NCBI GenBank assembly: GCA_963851265.1
Contig: CAWKNZ010000002.1
Span: 640,001-704,000 of the forward strand
Direction of reading: 5' to 3'
Length of the DNA: 64,000 nt
From: an uncultured Gemmatimonadales bacterium
GTDB taxonomy: Bacteria; Gemmatimonadota; Gemmatimonadetes; Gemmatimonadales; Gemmatimonadaceae
The position numbers were made by a program, and so were the translations under genes. The notes below the pieces were generated by a model, which worked only from the letters and a program-made list of their open reading frames with translations, searched no databases and was not told the origin of the DNA. Shown in pieces: positions 37,560 through 47,597 of the stretch; position 1 is the stretch's first letter; the number at the start of each line of letters is the position of its first letter.

Positions 37560-40500
37560 TCAGGGTTGGACGTCGACGCGGAACGTGATGGTGCGGACCG
37601 GCGGCTGCGTGTTGAACTCGTTCTGCTGGTAGTTGGACGCGCCGCCGCCCGTGTTGATCTCGGGATCGATGCCCGTGTACGGGGTCCAGGTCTTCAGGTT
37701 GCGACCGGCCACGGAGAACGACAGGCCGTTCCGCGCGCGGAAGTAGCGCGAGGCGATCGACTGCGGCACGTCGTACCGGAGCGTGAGTTCGCGCCACTTC
37801 ACGAACTTCGCGTCCTCGATGTAGCCCGCCGGCGTGGCGCCGAACTCGGCGTACTGCGAGGCGATGAACGCGGCCTGCGAGGCGAGCGACGCGTGCGGGT
37901 TGGACAGCGCGTCACACTCGCCGTAGTACGGGCTGGCGTTCTGCGTGCGGCAGCGGAAGTACGTCGTGTAGTTCAGCTGCTTGTTGCCGGCGCGACGCTC
38001 GAAGAGCGTCGAGACGCGGAAGTTGCGCAGCAGCGTGACGTCGAACGACAGGCCCTGCGTGTTCGTCGGGAGCGACGGTCCGAAGTACGCGTAGTTCTGC
38101 CCCGGAACGAAGCGGCTCGAGTCGACGCGGACCTCGTTACGCGCCAGCTTGCCGTCGCCGTTGGCGTCGTTCCAGGTGATCGGCGTGCCGAAGAACGCCC
38201 CGGCGGGATAGCCCACCCGGTGGGCCTGCGCGCCGCCGAAGCCGATGATGATCGGCGGGATGTTCTGCCCGAGCGTGACGATGTGATTGGACAGGGTCGT
38301 CGCCGTCAGGCGCGTTGCGAGCGAGAAGTTGCGGGAGCTGACGAGGTTCGCGCCCAGCCCGAACTCGTTGCCCTTGTTGGTGATCGCGCCGATGTTCTGG
38401 AACACCGCCGAGTTGCCGTTCGTCAGCGAATAAAGCCCGGCGGACGGCGGAAGCGGGCGCGAAATCAGCGCGTCCTTGGACTTCCGGTTGTAGTACGTGT
38501 ACTCGAACGTCACGCGGTCGCCCGCGAGGCCCGCGTCTAGGCCGAGTTCGCCCTCGGTCGTGCGCTCCAGCTTGAGCGTCGGGTTACCGGTGTTGCTCAA
38601 CAGGAGCGCGGAATTCTCCGTCGTCCCCGTGACCGCCGCGTTGTTGCCGTACGACGTGAGCGCCGCGCCGAAGCCCGGGCGCTGCCCGGCCTGGCCGAGC
38701 GCGGCGCGGAAGCGGAGCAGGCTGACCGACGGGAGCTTCGGGAAGAACGATTCCTTCGAGACGACCCACGACCCCTGAACCTGCGGGAAGTACGCGAGGC
38801 CGGACGCGAGGCCGCTGTTGTTGTCCGCGCGGACGGCGCCGGAGATGAACAGGCGGTCGCCGAACGCGAACTCCTGGCGCGCGAATCCGGAGACCGTGCG
38901 CACGTCGGTATATGGCTCCGAGACGGCGAACTGGGTGGCCGTCGCGCTGCACGACGAGAGCCCCGACGGGATCGCGACGCCGTAGCAGTAGACGCCCTGG
39001 AACAGGTCGCGCTGCAGTGCCGTGCCGATGGTGGACGTCGACTGCAGGTTGCGCAGCAGGTTGAACGTCCCGGTCGCGGACGCGTTCGCGGTCCAGAGGT
39101 GCTGCGACGCGCGGGTGGCCTGGCGGAAGCCGAGGATGTAGCTCTGCGCGAGCGGCAGATGGAACTTCGGATCGAGCGTCTGCTCGTCGACACGGTTGAC
39201 GTTGTCGAGCCCGACGTTGCCGTTGAAGCGGAGCCAGGTCAGCGGCGTGTAGTTCCCCTGAACTCCGAGGATGAAGCGGTCGACGCTCTGCCCGACGGTG
39301 ACGTTCCGCTGGTCGGCCGTGTTGTACCCGAAGTACGAGCCGTACCGGTTACCCGGCGTGCTGACCGTGTCGGACTCCATGCCCGGCACGTACTGCGCCG
39401 TTCCGAGGAACGCGTTGATGAGCGGGCTGAAGATGCTGTTGTCGTTGTTGACGCGGACGGTGGACGACGTCACGTAGTTGGCCGTGACCGTCACGTTGGC
39501 GTTCTGTCCGACGCGCGCGCCCAGGTTCGTGCGGATGCTGGTGCGGTCGACGTCGTTGGGGCGCAGGACGCCGAACTCGCGATCCTTGTCCGCGCTCAGC
39601 AAGTACGTCAGCGCCTCGCTGCCGCCCGACACGTTCAGGCCGGCTTTCGACAGGCTTCCCGTCTGGAACGGCGTCGTGCGGGGATCGCGGAACTGGTCGA
39701 AGTTCAGGACGACGTCCTGCGTACAGTTCGTCAGACCTCGGAGCGTCGTGCCGACCGGGATGGCCGCGCGGTAGTTGGGGCACACGTCATACGGCGCCGT
39801 GCTGCTGCCCGTGGCGGCGCGCGTGTTCAGGTACCCGCCGTTGTTGATGTAGTACGGCTGCCCCGAGGTGTACTGGGTGAGCGCGATCCAGTTCAGCGGG
39901 TAGGTGTTCTGGTCGCTCTGCGGGCCGCCCTCGATGTAGGCGCGGTAGCGAGGCGCGCCGATGCGGCCGCGGCGCGTCGTGATGAGGAGCACGCCGTTCG
40001 CCGCGGCGCTGCCATAGATGGCCGAGGCAGCCGGACCCTTGAGGACCTCGACGTTCTCGACGTCCTCGAAGTTGATGTCGTTCAGACGCGAGTAGTCCTG
40101 ACCGCCGGTTCCGAACCCGCCCTTATCGTTCGACGAGAGGACGCCGTCGATGTAGATGAGCGGCTCGTTCGAGAGCGAAAGGCTGTTCGCGCCGCGGATG
40201 CGGATGCGCTGGGACGTACCCGCGCTGCCGGCGGCGCTCTGCAGGTTCACGCCGGCGACCTTGCCCTGGAGCACGTCGGAGAACTGCGTGATCGGGCCTT
40301 TCGGAAGGCTGTCGACGTTGACGTAGCCGATGTTCGTGCCCGTCTCCGTGCGCCGCTGCACCTGGCCGGTGATCGCGTTGACCGTGACCTCCTGCAGCTG
40401 CGTGGCCGAGGCGGCGATCGTGAAGTTCGCCGTCGCGGGCTGGCCCGCGGTCACCGTGACGGCGAGCGTCGACGATGCGAAGCCGACCCGGCGGACGCGC

Positions 40501-40730
40501 ACCTGTTGCGAGCCGCTCGGCACGCCCGCGATCCGGAACCGCCCCTGCTGGTCGGTGATCGCGCCGCGCTGCGTTCCGACGATCGACACCTGCGCCTCGG
40601 CGATTGGGCGACCACTCCCTTTGTCGACGACGGTGCCGGTCACGATTCCCGCAGACTGCTGCGCGAACCCGACTGCAGGTGAAATCGCGGCCGCGAGGAT
40701 GGCCGCGGCGGTTCCAACCCTCTGTTGCAT
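37560..40730 (-). CDS. SusC/RagA-family TonB-dependent receptor (pair 2)
   Basis: ATG 40730 after GGAGG. Signature VLKGPAASAIYGSAAANGVLLITTRRG and GIDPE near the C-terminus. Confidence 0.92.
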   Translation of the reverse strand: MQQRVGTAAAILAAAISPAVGFAQQSAGIVTGTVVDKGSGRPIAEAQVSIVGTQRGAITDQQGRFRIAGVPSGSQQVRVRRVGFASSTLAVTVTAGQPATANFTIAASATQLQEVTVNAITGQVQRRTETGTNIGYVNVDSLPKGPITQFSDVLQGKVAGVNLQSAAGSAGTSQRIRIRGANSLSLSNEPLIYIDGVLSSNDKGGFGTGGQDYSRLNDINFEDVENVEVLKGPAASAIYGSAAANGVLLITTRRGRIGAPRYRAYIEGGPQSDQNTYPLNWIALTQYTSGQPYYINNGGYLNTRAATGSSTAPYDVCPNYRAAIPVGTTLRGLTNCTQDVVLNFDQFRDPRTTPFQTGSLSKAGLNVSGGSEALTYLLSADKDREFGVLRPNDVDRTSIRTNLGARVGQNANVTVTANYVTSSTVRVNNDNSIFSPLINAFLGTAQYVPGMESDTVSTPGNRYGSYFGYNTADQRNVTVGQSVDRFILGVQGNYTPLTWLRFNGNVGLDNVNRVDEQTLDPKFHLPLAQSYILGFRQATRASQHLWTANASATGTFNLLRNLQSTSTIGTALQRDLFQGVYCYGVAIPSGLSSCSATATQFAVSEPYTDVRTVSGFARQEFAFGDRLFISGAVRADNNSGLASGLAYFPQVQGSWVVSKESFFPKLPSVSLLRFRAALGQAGQRPGFGAALTSYGNNAAVTGTTENSALLLSNTGNPTLKLERTTEGELGLDAGLAGDRVTFEYTYYNRKSKDALISRPLPPSAGLYSLTNGNSAVFQNIGAITNKGNEFGLGANLVSSRNFSLATRLTATTLSNHIVTLGQNIPPIIIGFGGAQAHRVGYPAGAFFGTPITWNDANGDGKLARNEVRVDSSRFVPGQNYAYFGPSLPTNTQGLSFDVTLLRNFRVSTLFERRAGNKQLNYTTYFRCRTQNASPYYGECDALSNPHASLASQAAFIASQYAEFGATPAGYIEDAKFVKWRELTLRYDVPQSIASRYFRARNGLSFSVAGRNLKTWTPYTGIDPEINTGGGASNYQQNEFNTQPPVRTITFRVDVQP

Positions 40731-41040
40731 GCTTCTTCCTCCGTGAAGTGCGACGGGGTGCGCCATCGTGCGACGTGATGGCGCGGGGCGGACGAGCAAA
40801 CCAGTGGGGGTCTACGACGGTGCGCCGGGGGCGTTGTGCAGCCGCGGTCCGCTCTCAAGCCGGACGGCTCGGGGCGGACACGAAGAGACTTCACGGAGAG
40901 CCAAGTGTCGAAGTGTCGAGACCCGTCGCCGTGAAGTTTTCGCTAGAACTGAGACAGACCTCGGCGGAGCCGGCCTCGTCACTGCAAACGCGAAACTTCG
41001 GTCATCGAGAACGCGCACCATGGCGGGCTCATGCGCGAGG

Positions 41041-41096
41041 ACGTCCACCAGGGCGGCGAACGCCGCGCAGATCGCGTCCTTGAGCCGGGCGATCGC
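41041..41096 (+). repeat. Intergenic direct-repeat copy of an internal segment of susD pair 1 (35142-35197)
   Basis: 50/56 identical by manual alignment, with a 27-nt perfect core ggcggcgaacgccgcgcagatcgcgtc. Confidence 0.85.
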
Positions 41097-41449
41097 TCGC
41101 CGGCCCGAGGATGACAGCTCCGGGCGCGTCTGCCGCAAGGCACGCTCGTGAATCTCGCGCAAAGCGGTGACGCGCTCCGAATCGATTGGGTCTGAACGGT
41201 CACAGGCGTGAGATCGCTCAGGGATGAGCGGATCCAAACGCCGACACGATGGCCAAGCGGCGGTACCGCCGCGTGCACGTCGTAGCCGGATCCGGGACGG
41301 CCGCGCCGCTTGGCGTGGCCGTCCTACGTCGCTCTCTGGAGCCTGTGCTCGGAGGCCGGCGATGCGGTCACGCCCGGACTGCGTGTGCTGGTACGTCACC
41401 AATCGCCCTTCGGGGCGCTCTCTTGCCAAGGTGCGTGGAGGATGATCGA

Positions 41450-44400
41450 ATGACACGTAGGTCGACGCGGCTGCTCGCGGCAGCGGTGGGCGTTGCGCCT
41501 GCCGCCCTCGTGGCGCAGGCGACCACCGGAGTGATCACGGGACGCGTGACGGACCGCGCGAGCGGAGCGCCGATCGCAGCGGCGCAGATTCAGGTGGTCG
41601 GATCGCAACGCGGGACGACGACGGGGGACAACGGGAGCTTCCGGATCGCCGGCGTGCCCGCGGGCTCGGTCCAGCTTCGCGTGCTCCGGATCGGGTTCGC
41701 GGCACAGACCATTCCTGTCACCGTCGTCAGCGGCCAGACGTCGGCGCCCGTGAACATCGGCCTTGCGGCGTCCGCCGTGAATCTCGACGTCGTGACGGTC
41801 ACGGCAACGGGAACGACGAGCCGCGCCCGCGAGCAGGGGAGCAACATCGCGACCGTGTCGGTGCAGGACCAGCCGCTCGCGGCGGTACAGAACTTCAGCC
41901 AGATCATCGCGGGCCGCGCGGCCGGCGTGACGGTCGTTCAGTCGTCGGGCACGACAGGTACGGGCGCGCGCGTGCGAATCCGTGGCGCGAACTCGCTCAA
42001 CCAGTCGAACGAGCCACTTCTGATCATCGACGGCGTTCGCATCGACCCGAGCGCCAACTCGGGAACGATCGGCGTCGGCGGGCAGACGATCAGCCGCCTG
42101 AACGACCTCAAGCCCGAGGACATCGAGACGTTCGACATCCTCAAGGGCCCGGCGGCGACGGGGCTGTACGGCACACAGGCGGCGAACGGCGTCATCCAGA
42201 TCACGACGCGGCGCGGCGCGGCGGGGCGTCCGCAGTTCAACGGCTACGGCGACCTCGGCACCGTTCGGAACTACGAGACGTACCCGGGCAACTACACGGT
42301 TTACGGAAAGGCCGGCCAGAACGCCACGGCGTTCGCGCCGGGTGCGACGCTCGCACCGGGCTACAACGGCGTCGGTCTTTACTCGGGCAACTCGCGGTGC
42401 TTCCTCACGGCCCAGGCGGCCGGTACGTGCACCGTCGACTCGATCACGTCGGTGCAGCCGCTCAACGTGGCGGGCGTCTCGCCGATCGTCGACGGACACC
42501 GTGACCGCATCGGCGGAAGCGTTCGCGGCGGCGGCGACGTCGCTCGCTACTTCCTCTCGTCGGACGGCGAGACGGAACACGGCGTGTTCACCACGAGCCG
42601 TCTCACGCGCCGTAACTTCCGCGCGAACGTCGACGCGACGCCGATTCAGGGACTCAATCTCGGCGTGTCGGCGGGCTACCTGTCCAGCATCCTCCAGCTG
42701 CCACAGGGCGACAACAACATTCTCGGGCTGATTCCGAACGGTGAACTCGGAGGCCCGATCATCTGCTCCGCGGCGACGAAGTGCATCGCGCACAACGCCG
42801 CCGGCGCGGTGACGAGCGTCGACAGCACGAGCGCGGGGTACTACTCCGGGCTTCTGCCGAGTCAGCTGAACCAGATCCAGACGTACCAGAACGTCAACCG
42901 GTTCACGACCGCGTTCAACGGCAACTTCACGCCTCGGGGCGCGTCGTGGCTGACCGTCACGGCGACGGCCGGGGCCGACGTGAACGATCGCAGCGACCAG
43001 CAACTCTACCCGCAGGGCGTCATCAATACGTCGGTGAACGCGCTGCTCGGGAACCGCACGCTGAACAACTACACGGTCGCGACGTACACCATCAACGGTA
43101 GCGCCGTCGCACGCGCGAACCCGCTGCCGAACCTGTCTGCGGTGACGACGGCCGGTGTGCAGTACCAGCGTGACAACACCAACGGCAACCAGGCGTTCGG
43201 TGTGGGGCTGCTGCCCGGCACCGCGTCGCTCGCGGGCACGTCGCAGCAGTTCGCGGTCAACGAGCAGAACCTGTTCGCACGCACGTTCGGCGTGCTGGTG
43301 CAGGAACAGCTCGGGTATCGCGACCGCCTCTTCGTGACCGGCTCGGTGCGCGGTGACAAGAACAGCGCGTTCGGCTCGAACCTCGGCTTCGTGACCTACC
43401 CGAGCGGCCAGCTATCGTACGTGCCGAGCGAGGAAGCCTGGTTCCCGCGCAACCCGCTGGTCAACTCGATCAAGCTGCGCGCCGCGTACGGCCAGAGTGG
43501 GCTGCGCCCGGGCGTGTTCGATGCGCTCACGTACTTCAATCCGACCGTCGCGAGCATCGCGACGCAGAACCTCGGCGCGTTCACGACCGGCAACTTCGGC
43601 CTGTCGGACCTACGGCCGGAGCGGATCAACGAGGCCGAAGGCGGCTTCGACCTCGGCCTCCTCGGCGGCAGGGTCTCGTTCGAGGCCACCTATTTCGCCA
43701 AGGCGTCGCGCGACGCGCTCGTCGCGGTGCCGCTGCCCGGCTCGTCGGGCGGGCCGGCAAGTCAGCTCACGAACATCGGCCGTGTCACCAACAAGGGCGT
43801 CGAGCTTTCGTCGACGGTGAACGCGATCGACCAGCGCGATGTAGCGCTGTCGGCGGTCTTCAACTTCTCCACGCTCGCCAACAAGCTCGTCGCGCTGCGT
43901 CCCGGTCTCGGTGAAACCGTGTTCGGCCTCGGCGGCAACACGCAGCGATTCTCGCCGGGCTATCCGCTGGGTGCCTACTTCCAGCCGAAGTACACGTACA
44001 GCGACGCGAACGGCGATGGCGTGATCCAGCCTTCCGAAGTCGTGGTCAGCACCGACCTGTCGGCGGCCGGCCAGTACCTCGGTAATCCGCTGCCGAAGCA
44101 CACCTTCTCGGTGCAGCCGACCCTCACGCTGCTGCGCAACATCCGCGTGACGGCGCTCGTCGACTACCGCGGCGGTTTCCTCTTGTACAACGGCACGGAG
44201 CAGTTCCGCTGCGTCACGACGGCCGTCTGCCCCGAGAACTTCGTGAAGGGCTCGCCGCTCGAGGACCAGGCGGCCTCGGTCGCAGCGCGGTCGTACGGCA
44301 CGGTCGCGGGCTACATCACGCCCGCGGCGTTCACGAAGCTTCGCGAACTGTCTGTCAATCTCGGTCTGCCCGCGACGTACGCGCAGCGGTACCTGCACGT

Positions 44401-44569
44401 GCGCGGTGCGAGCCTCAATCTCGCCGGCCGCAACCTCCACACGTGGACGGGCTACAAGGGCGTCGATCCGGAAGTGAACTTCGCCGGGCAATCCAACTTC
44501 ACGCAGGCGGACTTCCTGACGCTTCCGCCGGTGCGCTACTACATCGCGCGCATCAACCTCGACTTCTGA
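41450..44569 (+). CDS. SusC/RagA-family TonB-dependent receptor (pair 3)
   Basis: ATG 41450 after GGAGG. Signature ILKGPAATGLYGTQAANGVIQITTRRG and C-terminal Phe. Confidence 0.92.
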   Translation: MTRRSTRLLAAAVGVAPAALVAQATTGVITGRVTDRASGAPIAAAQIQVVGSQRGTTTGDNGSFRIAGVPAGSVQLRVLRIGFAAQTIPVTVVSGQTSAPVNIGLAASAVNLDVVTVTATGTTSRAREQGSNIATVSVQDQPLAAVQNFSQIIAGRAAGVTVVQSSGTTGTGARVRIRGANSLNQSNEPLLIIDGVRIDPSANSGTIGVGGQTISRLNDLKPEDIETFDILKGPAATGLYGTQAANGVIQITTRRGAAGRPQFNGYGDLGTVRNYETYPGNYTVYGKAGQNATAFAPGATLAPGYNGVGLYSGNSRCFLTAQAAGTCTVDSITSVQPLNVAGVSPIVDGHRDRIGGSVRGGGDVARYFLSSDGETEHGVFTTSRLTRRNFRANVDATPIQGLNLGVSAGYLSSILQLPQGDNNILGLIPNGELGGPIICSAATKCIAHNAAGAVTSVDSTSAGYYSGLLPSQLNQIQTYQNVNRFTTAFNGNFTPRGASWLTVTATAGADVNDRSDQQLYPQGVINTSVNALLGNRTLNNYTVATYTINGSAVARANPLPNLSAVTTAGVQYQRDNTNGNQAFGVGLLPGTASLAGTSQQFAVNEQNLFARTFGVLVQEQLGYRDRLFVTGSVRGDKNSAFGSNLGFVTYPSGQLSYVPSEEAWFPRNPLVNSIKLRAAYGQSGLRPGVFDALTYFNPTVASIATQNLGAFTTGNFGLSDLRPERINEAEGGFDLGLLGGRVSFEATYFAKASRDALVAVPLPGSSGGPASQLTNIGRVTNKGVELSSTVNAIDQRDVALSAVFNFSTLANKLVALRPGLGETVFGLGGNTQRFSPGYPLGAYFQPKYTYSDANGDGVIQPSEVVVSTDLSAAGQYLGNPLPKHTFSVQPTLTLLRNIRVTALVDYRGGFLLYNGTEQFRCVTTAVCPENFVKGSPLEDQAASVAARSYGTVAGYITPAAFTKLRELSVNLGLPATYAQRYLHVRGASLNLAGRNLHTWTGYKGVDPEVNFAGQSNFTQADFLTLPPVRYYIARINLDF

Positions 44570-44584
44570 TTCGGACCGTCGCCG

Positions 44585-46153
44585 ATGCGAAATCTTTCGT
44601 TTGTACAGGGCCAGGACGCGTCGCGTCCCGCCCGCATAGTAGGCGTGGCAATCGCGGCCGCAGTGTTCGCCGGGTGTCAGGGAAACAAGCTGACCGACGT
44701 GACGACTCCGGACGTCGTGCAGCCCAGCTCGACCCAGAGCGTCACGGCGTTGCCCGCCGTCTTCAATTCCGCGATCGCCGAATTCACGGTTGCGTATGCC
44801 GGGTCGAACGGCGGCGGCGCCGGCGGCAGTAGCAACTACGGCGCGATCGAGGGCGAGATCCTCTACGGCGGCCTGCTCGGTGACGAGATCCTGCTCTCGG
44901 ACACCTTCCCGACGCGTCGCGAGATCGACTACCGCAACATCCAGCTGACGAACAGCAACAACGACGGCGTGTACCGTCAGCTCCAGATCGCGCGCGTCGC
45001 GGCCGAGCGTTCCACCGCGGCGTATACCGCGCTGAAGGCGAGTATCCCGCCGTCGTCGTTGACGAGTTCTCTGGCGTCACAGGCCGAGGCGTACTCGCTC
45101 GCCGGCTACACGTATCTCATGTTCGCGGAGCAGTACTGCGGCAATGTTCCGTTCAGCACGCTCAACACGGACGGGTCGGTCACGTACGATGCGGGCCACA
45201 CGACGACGCAGATCCTCGCGATCGCCTCGGCGAAGTTCGACTCGGCGATCGCGATCGCGACCCCGCTCGGCGCCGCTGCCGCATCGCAACTGAACCTCGC
45301 GAACATCGGAAAAGCGCGCACGCTCGTCGACCAAGGCAACTACGTGCAGGCGGCGACCTTCACCGCCGCCGTCCCGACGACGTACGCGTACACGCTGTTC
45401 ACGTCGCTCAACACGACGCGGCAGAACAACGGCGTCTGGAGCTTCAACCGTAGCCAGCGCCGCTTTTCCGTTGCGACCGGCGAGGGCGGCAACGGGCTCG
45501 CGTACCGCGCCAGCTCCACAACGGCCGGGAATGCGACCGCGGATCCGCGCGTGCTCGTCGTACGCGGCAACTCGGGGACGCAGATCAGCGGATTCGACCA
45601 GAGCCCGCTGTACGTTGCCGTCAAGTACTCGGAGCAGACGTCGCCCGCGATCCTCGCCACGGGTGTCGAGGCACGGTTGATCGAGGCCGAGGCGGCGATG
45701 AACGGGGGAGACTACGCGACGGCGCTGACCAAGCTGAACACGTTGCGCAGCAATACGGCGCTCTACGCCTGCCCGGCGGGAGTGACGCTGAACAATTTCA
45801 GCTGCCCGGCGACGCAGTCGACCGCGCTGGCCCCACTCACCGATCCGGGCACCGCGCAGGGGCGCGTGCTGCAGTTGTTTCAGGAGCGCGCGTTCTGGAT
45901 GTATCTCACCGCGCACCGGCTCGGCGACATGCGTCGGCTCTCGCGCACCGGTGGCGGCGGCGCGAATGCCGCGGCCGGTTTGAGCGCGTACGGCGACGTC
46001 ACGGGTGGCGTCAGCAAGGTGTTCCCGGTCGGCGTGTACGCGCCGCAGACGACGGTGAACTACGGCTCAAACACCAGCTTGCCCGTGCCGTACTCGGAGC
46101 AAACGGCGAACACCAAGTACAACCCCGCCGCCTGCGACGACAACACGCCGTGA
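44585..46153 (+). CDS. SusD/RagB-family lipoprotein (pair 3)
   Basis: Lipobox FAGC, plus EARLIEAEA and FQERAFWMY..AHRLGDMRR. Confidence 0.88.
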   Translation: MRNLSFVQGQDASRPARIVGVAIAAAVFAGCQGNKLTDVTTPDVVQPSSTQSVTALPAVFNSAIAEFTVAYAGSNGGGAGGSSNYGAIEGEILYGGLLGDEILLSDTFPTRREIDYRNIQLTNSNNDGVYRQLQIARVAAERSTAAYTALKASIPPSSLTSSLASQAEAYSLAGYTYLMFAEQYCGNVPFSTLNTDGSVTYDAGHTTTQILAIASAKFDSAIAIATPLGAAAASQLNLANIGKARTLVDQGNYVQAATFTAAVPTTYAYTLFTSLNTTRQNNGVWSFNRSQRRFSVATGEGGNGLAYRASSTTAGNATADPRVLVVRGNSGTQISGFDQSPLYVAVKYSEQTSPAILATGVEARLIEAEAAMNGGDYATALTKLNTLRSNTALYACPAGVTLNNFSCPATQSTALAPLTDPGTAQGRVLQLFQERAFWMYLTAHRLGDMRRLSRTGGGGANAAAGLSAYGDVTGGVSKVFPVGVYAPQTTVNYGSNTSLPVPYSEQTANTKYNPAACDDNTP

Positions 46154-46192
46154 CGGCCTGGATGCGCTGACTGCGCGGACCGTAGCGCGCAT

Positions 46193-46236
46193 CACGACGG
46201 GGCGCGGAGCCATGGTCGGCTCCGCGCCCCGCCGTG
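46193..46236 (+). terminator. Hairpin after susD pair 3
   Basis: 14-bp stem cggggcgcggagcc/ggctccgcgccccg. Confidence 0.5.
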
Positions 46237-46311
46237 CATTCTCGGCGAGTCGTCGTTGAGTACGCCGCTCGCCGCGCCGCACGCGTACGGAGGTTGCATG
46301 GGCGCCGCGCC

Positions 46312-47076
46312 ATGTCCGACCACACTCGCGGCCGTTCCCGCGTCAGCCGCGCGGGGGCGTTCGCCCTCTGCGCGGTCTCGCTCTCCGCGATCCCGGGCGT
46401 CGGCGGATCGGCGCTCGGGCAGGTGCCCGGCCTTCCATCCGGGCAGAGCGCGTTCCCGGCGCCTGGCCTCGCCGTCGCGCTCGACGGCGGCCATGCCGAC
46501 GGTCGCACCGTCGGCGCGCTCGCCGGGGCGACGGGCGTGCGTCGCCTCCAACTCACCGCAGCGGTCGGCCTGCCGGGCGGGGTCGCCGGTTACGACCGCA
46601 GCGGCGTCTCGGCCGGCGCGCGACTCGCGGCCCGGCTGTACCGGACGACCCGGCTCGGCGTGTCCGCGTTCGCCGGCTACGGGTTCGAGCGCATGCGGAG
46701 TCCCGCACCGGTCCTGAACGGACCGGCTACGCTCCCAAGCGGGGCGGCGATCGACTCCACGCGCCCGATCGGCCGGCTGACGCAGGTGCCGGTTGGGCTC
46801 AGCGCCGGCGTGCGCGGGCTGTTCGGCGAGCGCCCGTACGCGATTTCGGTCGCGCCAATGTACACGTACGCCCGCTGGAACATCTCCGACTCGACCCGGA
46901 CCCGGAGCGGTGCGCGACTCGCCGCGCTCGGCGAGATCGCCTTCACCCGGAGCATCGGGTTTGGCGTCGCCGCCGAGTTCGGGAGCGGCGGCCCGCTCGG
47001 CAGTCCGTATGCGGCGAGCCGGACCGTGTTCGGCGCGGGACTTTCATATGCAATCCGGCGAGCCGTCGCGCGCTGA
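46312..47076 (+). CDS. Hypothetical exported protein, probable small outer-membrane beta-barrel
   Basis: Signal-like N-terminus, alternating G/hydrophobic strands and C-terminal VFGAGLSY. Confidence 0.55.
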   Translation: MSDHTRGRSRVSRAGAFALCAVSLSAIPGVGGSALGQVPGLPSGQSAFPAPGLAVALDGGHADGRTVGALAGATGVRRLQLTAAVGLPGGVAGYDRSGVSAGARLAARLYRTTRLGVSAFAGYGFERMRSPAPVLNGPATLPSGAAIDSTRPIGRLTQVPVGLSAGVRGLFGERPYAISVAPMYTYARWNISDSTRTRSGARLAALGEIAFTRSIGFGVAAEFGSGGPLGSPYAASRTVFGAGLSYAIRRAVAR

Positions 47077-47108
47077 CTGCTCGCCCCGTCACACCTGGAG
47101 CGTCACCG

Positions 47109-47564
47109 ATGTCCGACCCGGCCCGTCCCCCCGTGCTCGTCGTGGACGACAACCACGACAATACCGAGATCATCTCGCGCTACCTCGCGATTCGCGGATA
47201 TACCGTGACGGTCGCGCACGACGGCGACGAAGCGCTCGCGATTTTCGAGCGCGACCGCCAGCGCCTCGTCCTGCTCGACGTGATGATGCCGGGGCGCGAC
47301 GGGTGGGAGGTGTGTCGGCTGATGAAGCAGCATCCGACGCTCGGCAAGCGCGTGCGCATCATCATGGTCACCGCGCTCGACGAGTGGGACGACAAGCGCC
47401 AGGCCCTCCAGACGGGTGCCGACGATTACGTGACCAAGCCCTTCGACCTGCCCAAGCTCGCCGCGGCGGTCGACCGGAACGCGGCGTTGGTGGCCGACGC
47501 ACCAAGCGGAACGCCGTCGGCCGCGCCTGGCGGCGCGGGTGACGCAGCCAACGCGGCCGCGTAG
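47109..47564 (+). CDS. Single-domain response regulator (receiver)
   Basis: Motifs VLVVDDN, LLDVMMP (phospho-Asp), VTA and YVTKPF. Confidence 0.92.
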   Translation: MSDPARPPVLVVDDNHDNTEIISRYLAIRGYTVTVAHDGDEALAIFERDRQRLVLLDVMMPGRDGWEVCRLMKQHPTLGKRVRIIMVTALDEWDDKRQALQTGADDYVTKPFDLPKLAAAVDRNAALVADAPSGTPSAAPGGAGDAANAAA

Positions 47565-47597
47565 GAGTGCGTGGCGAGGCGCGTTAGCTTCGGCACC

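Noticed and set aside
36053..40730. Site-specific invertible segment carrying susCD pair 2
   Set aside because: I found no flanking inverted repeats and no recombinase. The only repeat bracketing it is in direct orientation.
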